Of a DNA stretch of 64,000 nt, positions 25,132 through 36,563 are shown piece after piece. The notes under the pieces are model-generated. The model saw nothing but the letters and a program-made list of their open reading frames with translations, was not told the DNA's origin and searched no databases. How positions within the stretch are numbered: position 1 is the stretch's first letter; each line of letters starts with the position of its first letter. This DNA comes from Octopus sinensis. Lineage: Eukaryota. Both the position numbers and the translations under genes were made by a program. The stretch covers positions 46,252,001-46,316,000 of the forward strand of contig NC_043010.1 in the NCBI RefSeq assembly GCF_006345805.1. Reading direction: 5' to 3'.

Positions 25132-25946
25132 TGATAGTAATATTTTAGCTCTATGTCTAATGGTAGCATTAAACACCTTAGCATTAAACGTGTTAGCCTT
25201 ATACTCATCCATTGAAATTTGAAGACATTAAGCTGAAATTATATGCTTCTTTATGTTTCAATTATTATAATTGTTTTTGTTTTATTTTATTTTCTAGGTA
25301 AGTCCACAGATTAATGACAAAGTTAAAAGCTGGTAATGTACATTCATACATTTTTATTCCTTATATTATTTCACTGTCTCCATCCACTTAAGCCTACTCA
25401 ACACTCTGATTTATCCTTTCCTTGTCATCTATACTGAATCTTGACCCTCTCCTTACAACAATCCCTGCACTAATGACATTGCCTTTTTCCTTCCCCCCAA
25501 AGCATCAATCTTCTGGAATTTTCTCTAAGCCTATATCTTTTTTGCAGACGTCAGCTTACAAGTGATTAAAGATGCTAATCTTAAGTCACTGAGAATCTGA
25601 GATCATGAGCACCACCGTCACCCACCTAAATAATTACACACACACACACAGGCATAGTGTATTTTGGGTGAAAATCTCTTAATACACATTTAAGAGCTCC
25701 TATGTTGCTGTGTGGCTACCACATATTATACCTCAGGGTATTTCCATGTATGGATATACATGTAGAACTCCTTTTTGTGTAGTATTAATATAATAATAAT
25801 AACACAAGGATAGAAGTTAACAGGAATCAAATAGTGGATCCCAATATACTTTTCATGAATATGAACATGGCAACTTAAAGGTGATGTGGGGTGCAGAAAC
25901 ATATGATTATCCACTATTAAAGCCTGTTAACTTCCATCCTTTACTA

Positions 25947-25993
<47 letters not shown>

Positions 25994-26002
25994 GGAGGAG
26001 GA

Positions 26003-26318
26003 GGAGGCGCAATGGCCCAGTGGTTAGGGCAGCGGACTTGCGGTCGGAGGATCGCAGTTTCGATTCCCAGACTGGGTGTTGTGTGTGTTTATTGAGCAAA
26101 AACACCTGAAAAAAGCTCCACGAGGCTCCGGCATGGGGTGGTGGCAACCCCTGTTGTACTCTTTCATCCCAACTTTCTCTCACTCTCTCTTCCTGTTTCT
26201 TGAGTAATGCTGCAATGGACTGGCTTCCCGTCCAGCTGGGGGGGAACACATACGCCACAGAAACCGGGAAACTGAGCCCATGAGCCTGGCTAGGCTTGAA
26301 AAGGGAGCATAAATAAAT
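26003..26318 (+). mobile_element. SINE family C inserted in (ATT)n
   Basis: Box A TGGCCCAGTGG, box B GTTTCGATTCC; body homologous to 19394-19689 (CCCGTCCAG..GCCAC(A/G)GAAACCGGGAAAC). Confidence 0.85.
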
Positions 26319-27499
26319 TATTGTTATTATTATATATATGGAGTCAAGGATGGAAAATGCTGCTAATACCTGTTGAGTCAAAAATATACATTCCCTTTCT
26401 TCCAGAAGACAGACTGTTTCTTTTAATGGCATGTTAATTCATGAGACTTCTTGATTCTCTGACATTAACCCCTCATTTGCAGTTGATAATAATTGTTACT
26501 AGGTATTTGCTTAACCTCTCTCATAGCAAGAATAATTTCAGTAAAACAAGAATTTATTTTGTATGGCATTTCGTGTACCTTAACCTCATCTTTGCTCTTC
26601 AAATTCATGATACTGGCCATTGACTTGAGTGCAATGATGCTACATTTAAATTGCTTGCAGTAAATAAAACATTGTCAGGGACAGGGTTCTAGAAGGATAT
26701 TGTTATGGAAAAGAAGGATTGGGCAATGCATTCTGTAGGGATGTGACAGTTGAGTGAGAGAAAACTGGTGTTTAAGTTGTGAAAGTATATAGTCAGCTTG
26801 TTCAAAAGAGCAAATGTTACATGAATAGCAGTAGCAGTGTCAGGTGCATAAACTGTACTTGTATTGGTAAATATCTTAGTTTTAAGTTATTATCTATAGT
26901 GTTTACAGAGGCAAAAATAATGATTTATGGTTACTTGTCAATTCTTATAATATTATTGTTTTATTTCAAGATGATATTGAATAGGACAATATTAACATTT
27001 CCAAAGAGACTCAGATTTTTCATAGATAGGTGTGTATGTATGCATATACATATGTGTATGTACGTGTGTGTGAGAGAGAGAGATTTGCCTTAAGTGATTT
27101 GTGGTTGCAATCTCAAAGTAAATTGTAGTTTCAACCTAGTTTGATCTCGTTCAGTTTTGATGCAGTCAGAACCATTTATAATCCCTTAACTTGCCAGGTA
27201 TGCACCACTGGTGCGTAGTGGGCTATAAAGATATACAACTTTACTTTGCATTTTATATAAATCTTATATTTGTTATACACTGGTAATTTTTCATCTCGGA
27301 AAATCTAATATTTTATGCAACTGAACCAAATGAATGTATAGGACTCAGAAGAATGTTTTGCTTGAGTGGCAGAATGTGCGTAAAGTTCCAATACTTAGAG
27401 TAATATGTGAAGGGCTTACAAAGATCTCTTTGTGACTGAGCTACAGTACCTTCCATTCTAGGTAAATTGTAATGGAACACAAAATTTCAAACCATTGAT

Positions 27500-27900
27500 T
27501 TTTCTTTGATTTCTAGTTAAGGCCACCCATTTGGTTAACCATGCAAATCAAGTTGATTTATGTCTTGAGTTACAGTTCTTTATGACCAGTTTTGCTGAGT
27601 CACTCTGGAAGCCATCTAAATTTTAACATTGGCTGAGTGTAAATATCCATTTCCCTGTTCTTTTTTTAAACAGCTCTTCTGCTCATCAGGTATTAGATGT
27701 TTCTCATATAGGTGTTGATATACCTCTTCTGTTGTTAATCCTATTTGCAGTTTCCACATGTGCTAGACATGTAATTAGTCAATAATTTGAGGCATTTTGT
27801 TTCGTCTTTCAATATTTGGTAGAGTCTTCTGTTTGTGAACCGCATTGTACATCTTTGATATACACTCATTTCTATCATTATGGTTTCATGGAGATTTTGT
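27500..27900 (-). pseudogene. Degenerate reverse-transcriptase fragment of an RLE-type (R4/Dong-like) non-LTR element
   Basis: Minus strand gives NY*LITCL (27778-27764) and EEVYQHLYEKHLIPDEQKSC (27732-27670), matching the NYRPITCL..YxHL..LPxEQKGC pattern; frameshifted. Confidence 0.6.
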
Positions 27901-28279
27901 TAATATTTTATTATGGCTGGGTTTAGATCATGTTTGTTCCTAACACGCACAATTCACCAGTGAAAGCAGTTTTCAAACTCTGCAATGTTTCGACCTAACT
28001 GTGTGTATCCTTGGTCAAAACTAACCTGCCAAACGAATAAATCTAACATGAGCACAAACTTTTGTTTATAAAAATCAGCAAATTATTTGATGATGCATGC
28101 TGATGTCTGCCAACAGATAATTCATGAGATGCATGCAGGACAGTGAGAATCCAAACAATATCATATCTATTCTTCATTCTTAATGCCAGAATGTATAAGA
28201 ATGAATTGGTACATTCTTCAGATTCTCATTGTTCTGCATGTACCCCATGAATTAGTACTTTTGTTTTTCTCTTCTTTCT

Positions 28280-28507
28280 TTAACCCTTTAGTGTTCAGAT
28301 TACTCTGTTAAATGTAATAATTTTTCACTCAAATTGTTTTGAATTAATCATACATTATCTTATAGCTTTGAGGTTTCAATGATGTGATTGTTTGTTTTTA
28401 GAATATCAATGTAGGTTAGGTGTGAGAGGCTAGATATCGCCCGTTTGAATGTAAAACATGTAGAATATCTGGGCCAGATATGGCCGGTTTAAACACTAAA
28501 CGGTTAA
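28280..28507. mobile_element. TTAA-type MITE family P1, full length
   Basis: TTAA + CCCTTTAGTGTT ... AACACTAAACGG + TTAA (11/12 TIR match). Confidence 0.85.
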
Positions 28508-28676
28508 TTTACCTTGCTTTCACTGGTCCTGTTTACTTATATCTTTCCTAATGTTGCTCACCTTCATTGATATTCACGCCCCCCCCCCTGAGTACCTGCT
28601 GGGTTTTTTTTTTTTGTCCTTTCTTTTGCATCTACATTAGCACCTGTTAATATCCTTACTAATATCGAAAAAGCCA

Positions 28677-28885
28677 TTAACCCTTTTATTACCGTATTTA
28701 TTTTGAGGTGCTCTGTGTTTCTTTCAATTAATTTTAAATATAATAAGAATTTAGTAAAATAACCTAGTGTTAAAAATTGTGACTAAGGGTTTGGTGGAAA
28801 ATTTTAATTCAGAACTTATGAAGACAAGACATTTGTAATACAGCACCAGAGGCAGTTTCAGCTGGATTGGTACCGAAAGGGTTAA
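28677..28885. mobile_element. TTAA-type MITE family P2
   Basis: TTAA CCCTTTT.. at the left end, ..CGAAAGGG TTAA at the right end; reverse complement of the 30078-30300 copy. Confidence 0.8.
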
Positions 28886-29253
28886 GTCTTTAGCATTCAG
28901 GGTTAAGAGTGAAAATGGTGCTTGTAGCCAATTTGAACTCAGAATGTAAAGAGGTGAAACAAATGCACAACACATTCCCTCCGATGTGCTGTCAATTCTG
29001 CCACTCCACTGCCCTAATAATAATTAACTTAGTTATTGCTAAGGATTCAAATCATTATTCCACTAAAATCAACTTTGTCTTTCATCTTGTAAGAGCTGAT
29101 GAAATAAATATCAGTTAATTTAGCAGTTCGGCAAAAGAGACCAATAAAATAAGTACCAGGCTTAAAAAAAAAAAAGTACTGCATTCAATTCATTTGACTA
29201 AAATTCATCTAGGTGGTACCCCAGCATGGCCACAATCAAATGACTGAAACACA

Positions 29254-29541
29254 TCTATTATATAAAATCCGTTGTCTGTCTGTCTGTGTGTGTGTTTTCT
29301 AGGATCTCGGGCATCCTCCATCCGATTGCGCTCAAATATGATATGTAGATACCGATGGTATCAGGGCGTGTATAAGTCTTGAAAAAATTACAAAAATCGA
29401 TTCCAGGTGAGAATGTGATCGATAAAGCCGTGGGAAAATCAGTGTTTCTCAAAGGTTGGACAAGTTGTTTTGAGAAAATTTGGTTTAAATGTTTGACAAC
29501 TCAGCACCATCCAATGGACGGGGGGGGGGGCGTTTTGCTCG
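29254..29541 (+). mobile_element. Non-autonomous Helitron-like element (288 bp)
   Basis: 5' A|TCTATTATATAAAATCCG..(TCTG)n; 3' hairpin CCATCCAATGGACGG then CTCG|T (CTAG variant); inserted between A and T with no TSD, inside a family A tail. Confidence 0.7.
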
Positions 29542-30077
29542 TAAAAGGATAAAAGAATATCTGTATGTGTGTGTGGTTTGTGTGTGCGCATGTGTGTGTC
29601 CCACCTTCACTTGACAACCTATGTTAGTGTATCTATGTCACCATAACTTAGCAGTCTGGCAAAAGAGACCAATAGAATGAGTACCAGGCTTTAAAAAAAT
29701 AACTATGACTGAAACAAGTAAAAGATAAAAGATGCTAATTGCAGGTTCTCAGATGTTTTGTTTTGCATTTCTCCTCCACTGTTACGGTAGTGTAGTGCTA
29801 CTTGAACTTTTGTTGTAAAAGGTTATCATGATTATACAATTACACACACTTCTTCCTTAATTTGTCAGAAAAGGAAGGAAGTGGGGTTGTTCTCTTCATT
29901 TGCTGATTATTTTACATAAGTCATTGTTGTTTGTTGTATTTTTATTGTTTGATTTTGTTGTCTGTGGTATTTTCTAGTTTTGGTCACAGATGTTTTCTCA
30001 TGCATCATGTTGTTGACCATTCTTAGGATCTCATTTATTTACCTTCTCTCCTTTCTCATTTATTCACCTTCTCTGCT

Positions 30078-30300
30078 TTTGATACCAACCTGGCTGAAAC
30101 CGCCTCTGGCTCTGAGTACAAATGTCTTGTTTTCAAAAGTTTTGAATTAAAATCTTCCACCAAACCTTGGTCGTAATTTATGTTGCTAACACTGGCTGAA
30201 TGATAACTAAGTTTTTTTTTACTAAATTCTTTGTTATATTTAAAATTAATTGAAAGAAACACCGAGCATCTCAAAATAAATATGGTAACAAAAGCGTTAA
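30078..30300. mobile_element. TTAA-type MITE family P2
   Basis: TTTTGATACCAACCTGGCTGAAACC ... GGTAACAAAAGCGTTAA. Confidence 0.75.
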
Positions 30301-30664
30301 AACACATTATGTTTTCTCTCCATCCCTCTTCTCTTCTCCCTCGCTCTCTCATATCTTATACATGTAGTGCAGCATTTGTCAAACATTTTTTACTTACAGA
30401 CCTCTTGTGATTAGTGTTTTACTCTACTGAACCCCCTATAGCCATTCAATGTTTTAAAAAAATCCTATTACATTTTTACTATTAAATATTATCGTCGTGT
30501 GAAAAATAATTCTTGAAATGTTTTGTGTATTGTAGAAATATAAACAATTTCATTGCTCTTAAATTTTTACAACAAAATCTTATATGGACCCCAATTCTGA
30601 ACCACTGGTCTAATTCATTATTTATCTTTCTGGCCTTTTGTCTGACTCTCAATCCCTTCAATGT

Positions 30665-30729
<65 letters not shown>

Positions 30730-30733
<4 letters not shown>

Positions 30734-30962
30734 AAAACTTTTGTATTAACGGAAAACCTCTATAATGGTTACCTCTCTCTCTGTATATATATATATATAT
30801 ATATGTGTATGAAAATTTTTGTATTAATGGAAAACCTCTATAATTGGCTGATGAGTGCTCAGCATTTTAAAACTGTTGTAATACTTACAACATTTAATAA
30901 AATGATGTAGTACGAAACGATCGTACCAAATTACCGGAGTCATTCTTGTTGCTTATTTTGAT
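30730..30962 (+). mobile_element. Penelope-like pseudo-LTR fragment carrying a hammerhead, embedded in (TA)n
   Basis: Partial tandem repeat TATGAAAA(C/T)TTTTGTATTAA(C/T)GGAAAACCTCTATAAT at 30730 and 30808 precedes the hammerhead; microsatellite on both flanks. Confidence 0.6.
30844..30929 (+). ncRNA. Type I minimal hammerhead ribozyme (canonical core)
   Basis: Stem I UUGG/CCAA; CUGAUGA 30848-30854; stem II GUGCU/AGUAC extended by CAUUUUA/UAAAAUG and UGUUGUAA/UUACAACA; GAAA 30914-30917; palindromic stem III ACGAUCGU; GUA cleavage triplet 30923-30925. Confidence 0.88.
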
Positions 30963-31501
30963 TATATATATATATATTATATACACACACATATATATAA
31001 TATACACACACATGCACACTCTTGTGCATATATATGTATGCACATTTACCTAATGATCTTCAATGCAACTTTCATCTACCACAGTTCATGCAGTTGGTCA
31101 GCCTGAAACCAGTAAACTACAGATTTCATGGCTGCAGTATGAACTTCTTAACTCCACACCTATACCTGCATCCATATAATGGTATAAAAAGCCAAACAAT
31201 ATTTGAAGCTATTAAAAACAATTGCCAAGTGTCAGTGATAATGTGTTGTACGAGACAGTTTGTTCAATTTATGAGTTTTAGCCCAGTATGACTTTATTGG
31301 TTGATCACAAGAAGAAAAACTAATATAAATAGCTAATTTTACCATTTGTCTGTCTCATATAGAAAGATGCTGTTCATAAATTATGGAAAAGAAAATACCT
31401 ACCAGACATTTCTATGCCTACAGAGTATTAAAATATAAGTAGTCTATTAAAAAAACAAATACACTTAAGTGTTAAGTATGAGATGTTTTGTTCTTGTACA
31501 G

Positions 31502-31585
31502 AGAATGTGGCAGATAATAAGTATTTCGAGAAGAAATTTATGTAGTGGTCTTACATGCCAGCTGTTTTCTATGCTGCCGTATATG
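31502..31585 (+). CDS. Candidate 84-nt exon (RMWQIISISRRNLCSGLTCQLFSMLPYM)
   Basis: Acceptor TTTTGTTCTTGTACAG, donor ATG|GTAAAT, length divisible by 3, one open frame; no homology recognised. Confidence 0.25.
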
Positions 31586-32623
31586 GTAAATAATTTGTAA
31601 AAACAAAACCAAGGAAGCAAATTGATCACAATGTTACTTGTTGCTTTAAGATGTAAGATGTTTGATATAAGTCTGAACGTCTTTGATTATAGTGTTGAAA
31701 AAAATGTTGAGTAAATTATTGTATTTGATGTGCAGCTGAAGTTTGAAGTTGGATAGAAAAACAAAAACAGGCTGAAAGTATTCATGTGCATCGATGTAAA
31801 TAGCAAATGAAACACATCTCTTACAGAAGCTACTCAATTGCAATAGTAGTTTTGCTTCTAATTTTATTTTATCTTTTGTTAAGCTGTATTATATCCGTTT
31901 CTAATGGAATTATTTATTTCTTCCTAGCATTGAAAGAAATATTTAAATCATCAACTTTTATCTATCTTTTACTTGTTTCATTCATTGGACTGTAGACATG
32001 CTGAAACACTGCTTTGAAGGGGTTAGTCAAACAAAGTGACTCCGGTACTTTTCTTTTGTTTGTTTATAAAGTCTGCTACTTATTCTGTTAATCTCTTTTG
32101 TTGTACCAAGTTATTGAAATGTAAACAAACCAACACTCATTGTCAAGTGGTGATGATGGAAGGTGGCTTCCATGTGACAGGCTTCCACACAGTTTCCAAC
32201 TATCAAATTCTCTCTCAAGGCACTGGTTGGTATGGGGTTATTGTAAAAGACACTTGTTCAAAGTGTTGACAGGAGCTAGTCAACTGAAAAGTTGCCCAGT
32301 GATCCATGTCTGCTGTGGCATGGTTTCTATGATAGGAAGCCCTTCCTAATGCCAGCCACTCCACAGAGTGTACTAGGTGCTTTTACACAGCACATGAACC
32401 CACAAGATTAGGATTGCTTAGCTGAAGAGGGATACTGGCATGTTAGAAGTTTAGCTGTGGCTGTGTAGTAAGAAGTTTGCTTCCTAACCATATGGTTCTG
32501 GGTTCACTCCCTCAGTGTAGCACCTTGGGCAAGTATCTTTTGCTACAACCCTGGGCCAACCAAAGCCTTGTGAGCAGATTTAGTAGACAGAAACTGAAAG
32601 AAGCATGTCATATATATCCTTGG

Positions 32624-32930
32624 TCACCTTGACCGACCAGTCCGTCGAGTGTCCATTTGACACAGCTGGTCACAGCACGCTGTCCACTCCTCTCTGGATT
32701 GCACCTTCCTCATCCACATGGTCCCAATTGCCCCCCCCCCCCAAATCATAACTCCACTGTCGTGGAGGCCTTCCGAGTGGTCGTTTCCACTCATGTGGGT
32801 ACCACTCAACAACTGCGTGGGTCCACCGATTATTGGTGAGCTGGGCGATGTGTCCAGCCCATCTTAACTTGCTGCATGTATATTCCACAATGATATCCCT
32901 CATGCCGGACTTTTGTCTGATGACCTCGCT
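32624..32930 (-). pseudogene. RTE-clade LINE ORF C-terminal fragment
   Basis: KLRWAGHIAQLTNNRWTHAVVEWYPHEWKRPLGRPPRQW, then frameshifted WMRKVQSREEW; this is the typical RTE terminal motif pattern. Confidence 0.8.
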
Positions 32931-33764
32931 ACTGATGTATATGTGTGTGCATGTATATGTGTACTTGTGCACTTATGCACATGCAGACACACACATACAT
33001 ACTAACACACACATCAAAGCATAAATATGCATACATGTATTTAGGTATTCAGTAAGATTCATCATCATTTTTACATCCACTTTCCTATGCTTAAATTTTA
33101 TTTAAGTTCTTAGGAGAGTTCAAGCCAGTTGCTAACAAAGCAACAAGACTTTTTGAGTCAAAAAAGTTCCCAGTGTTAGTGAATGTGTGGTTGAGTTTGT
33201 GTGTTGGTTGAACTGCTGGTGCATACATCCAAGTGTGTGCAGCTATTCACATTAGAATCTCAGGTGGAGAATTTTTGGAATGTCTTGCAGTCTTCACTCA
33301 ACCATGAATACACTGGATTTGGAGAATGTACATCAGTTTCTTTTGTTCTTTCTCTGTGAAACCAAGTATATCTAGGTTTTTGTGCCAATTTCTTGGTACA
33401 TAACCTAATGCAGCTATGATGATATATACAAATGAGAATTCATAGTCAGGGTACAAAAGATGTATGCATGGGCGTGTGTTGCTATCTCTTTGCTCCCACA
33501 TTGCATGATAGTTGTAACTGTGTGTCATCATCATTCAAGTGGTGTCATTAATTTCCAGTCTTTCATGAAAACATGTCTGGCTATGGGGAGATATTACCTT
33601 GCATGGAAACAGGTAAGGGTTGACAACAACAAGTGCATCCAACCATCGAATCGAAAATCCACCTCAGCAAATTTTATCTGAGCCAAGTGGCCAAGTGAGC
33701 ATAGAAAAGTGGATGTGAAAATGACGATGAATCTTACTGAATACCTATATATATATATATATAT

Positions 33765-33975
33765 ATATCTGGCATCTGTGCAGGTGGCACATAAAAAGCA
33801 CCCACTACACTCTTGGAGTGGTTGGTGTTAGGAAGGGCATCCAGCTGTAGAAACACTGCCGGATCAGACTGGGCCTGGTGCAGCCTTCTGGCTTCCCAGA
33901 CCCCAGTTGAACTGTCCAACCCATGCTAGCATGGAAAACGGACGCCAAACGATGATGATGATGATGATGACGATG
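33765..33975 (+). mobile_element. RTE 3' tail (family E)
   Basis: GTGCAGGTGGCAC..GGAAGGGCATCCAGCTGTAGAAAC..GGACGCCAAAC(GAT)n. Confidence 0.8.
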
Positions 33976-35056
33976 CATATTTATGTTATGGTGTGTGTGT
34001 GTCTGTCTGCATGTGCATCAGTGTGCAAGTACACACACATGCACACACATATACAACGCAAATACATGTGCATATAGACATACATGTACTTGTGTGCGCA
34101 CACACACATGTACATTATGGCTTCCTGGAATTATTCCAGCTACTTTGATACCCATGTATCTAGTAGCACTTCTTGCATCACATTGTGCATATACATCATT
34201 GTTCATAATTTTCTTCTTAAGATGTTTTTTGTGTTGCTTCTTTTTCATTTCATTTCATTTTCAGTTTGCTTCGAGTTTGATGGATGGAGTTGTTTTGTAA
34301 ATGTGTAGGTTTTGCAGCTGTTACACATTGTATTGTTACTCAGTTGTCTAAGAGAAGAAACATGTCTTTGTCTGACTAAACTAACTATTGTATTCTCAAA
34401 GAAAGTAATAAAGTCTTTGTTTGTTTGAACATTCTTTCAGTTTGTTGATTGATCTGGGGAGATTCTTCAAATAGAATTATGTAATTGTTATAGTTTGATA
34501 GTCTAGTCACATTAACTGCTAAACATGTGGACTAGTTGCTCTGTTCCACCTTGTCTTCTTGCAGTTAGGACTTCCATTTCTTAACTATGACCTAGTCACT
34601 GACATTCCACTCGCTGCTGTCTCTGAGATATAAGCTCACTTCAGATTATTTGCTGATCAGAACATGAATTATATTATCTTTTAATCTTTAATCTTTTATT
34701 CGTTTCCAGTCACTGAACTACAGCCATGCTGGAGCACCAGTTTGAAGGTTTTTTAGTTGAACAAATCACATCCAGTACTTAGAATAAGTGCCAAACTTTA
34801 AAATATTTGTCAAACCACTAAGTTAAAGGGATACAAATAAACCAACACTGGTTTCAAGCAGTAGGGTGGGGGTGGAGGACAAACACACAAACAGATATAT
34901 AAACAAGCTTCCACACAGTTTCCATCTACTAAATTCACTTACAATGCATCTACTAAATTTACTTACAATGTTAGCCCTGGTTGACCCAGGGCTAACATAC
35001 AAGATATGCAAAGCTTCTTAAACACATAGCCTGCAGCTGTGCTTATTTTTTTATTA

Positions 35057-35450
35057 TTTTACTTGTTTCAGTCATTTGACTGTGGCCATGCTGGAGTGTC
35101 ACCCTGAGGGGTTTTAGTTGAATAAATCAACCCCAGGGCAATTTTTTAAAGCCTATTCTTTACTCTGTTAGTCTCTTTTGCTGAACCGCTGCATTTTGGG
35201 GATGTAACCGCACCAGCACCAGTTGTTAAGTGGTAATGGAGTGGACAAACACAGACACAAAGACACATACATAGATATCTACATATATATATACGACAGA
35301 CATCTTTCAGTTTCTGCCTACCAAATCCACTCTCAAGGCTTTAAGTCAGCTTGAGGCTATAGTAAAATACACTTGTCCAAGGTGTAACGCAGTGGGACTG
35401 AACCGAGAACCATGTGGTTGGGAAGCAAGCTTCTTACCACACAGCCACAT
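35057..35450 (-). mobile_element. SINE family A (left member of an inverted pair)
   Basis: Reverse-complement A copy; head ends at about 35450. Confidence 0.85.
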
Positions 35451-35482
35451 TATCAAAACAACTGGGAAAACAACAGGACATG

Positions 35483-35875
35483 CACAGGCATGTCTGTGTG
35501 GTAAGAAGCTTGCTTCCCACCTACATGATTCCGGGTTCAGTCCCACTGCTTGGCACCTTAAGCAAGTTTGTTCTACTATAACCCTGGGCTGCCCAAAGAT
35601 TTGTGAGTGGATTTGATAGACAAACTGAAAATAGTTCACCATATATATATCTGTGTATGTCTTTGTGCTTGTCTTTGTCCCCACTACCACTACTTGACAA
35701 CCAGTGTTAGTGTGTTTACGTCCCCATAACTTAGCAGCTCCACAAAAGAGGCTAATAGAATATGTACCAAGCTTTAGAAAAAGAGAAAAAAGTACTGGAT
35801 TTGACTCATTCGAATTCTTCAAGGTGGTGCCCCAGCATGGCTGCAGCCTAATGACTGAACCAAGTAAAAGAAAAC
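35483..35875 (+). mobile_element. SINE family A (right member of an inverted pair)
   Basis: Head begins about 32 bp after the minus copy; full body and tail present. Confidence 0.85.
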
Positions 35876-35883
35876 AAAATATA

Positions 35884-36220
35884 TCTCTATATATATAAAG
35901 CTGAAGTTGTCTGTGTACGGCAGGTTTGGTAGCCTTCAACTAATACTATCTCCTCCGAGACCCTGTGGCGCAAGTTGCCCAAAATTGAGAGTATGATAGA
36001 AGAAGGCTTGCTCTTCCTTCCGTAGAAGAAAAAATTCAAATCGGACCATGTTAACACTAAAAATTATTTACACCAAAAAGGTGCTTTTTTTCTATGAAAA
36101 TCCCTATTTTTTACGATTTTTTAACTGCTGTGTTGTTATTCTTCAGTGTATTTCAACCAGAACGAGGTTCACTTAAATAACAAGCTACATAATGCAAAAT
36201 TTTTACTTTTCAAAAATTTC
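35884..36220 (+). mobile_element. Helitron-like 5' fragment
   Basis: TCTCTATATATATAAAGCTGAAGTTGTCTGTGT start immediately after a family A tail; 3' CTAG/hairpin not found. Confidence 0.5.
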
Positions 36221-36232
36221 AATTCTAATGAT

Positions 36233-36563
36233 ATGATCAGTGTTTCAGAGAGAGGACCCTGAAACAATTTCCCGATGATATACCCCTGGTTGTCTTGAAA
36301 CCTAAGATCTTAAGTAAGGCAATAGAAACTATGGGGCTTTTACTATTTTCAAGAGTTTGTAATATCCGTTAAGTAAAAGAACTATTTCTTGGAATCAACT
36401 TACATTCATCTCTTCATGAGCTTTCTATATATTCTACAGCACTCATTTATGATTTATTAGAAGAAACTAAATTTAGTTGGAAATTACCAATTGACTCAAT
36501 ATATTTTGGCTTCTCCTTGAAGTCATGTCATAAAAGATGGATGAAACCGACTTCGAAGATTTA
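36233..36563 (+). pseudogene. Coding-like segment of unknown origin (about 110 codons, one internal stop)
   Basis: YDQCFRERTLKQFPDDIPLVVLKPKILSKAIETMGLLLFSRVCNIR*VKELFLGINLHSSLHELSIYSTALIYDLLEETKFSWKLPIDSIYFGFSLKSCHKRWMKPTSKI*. Confidence 0.3.
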
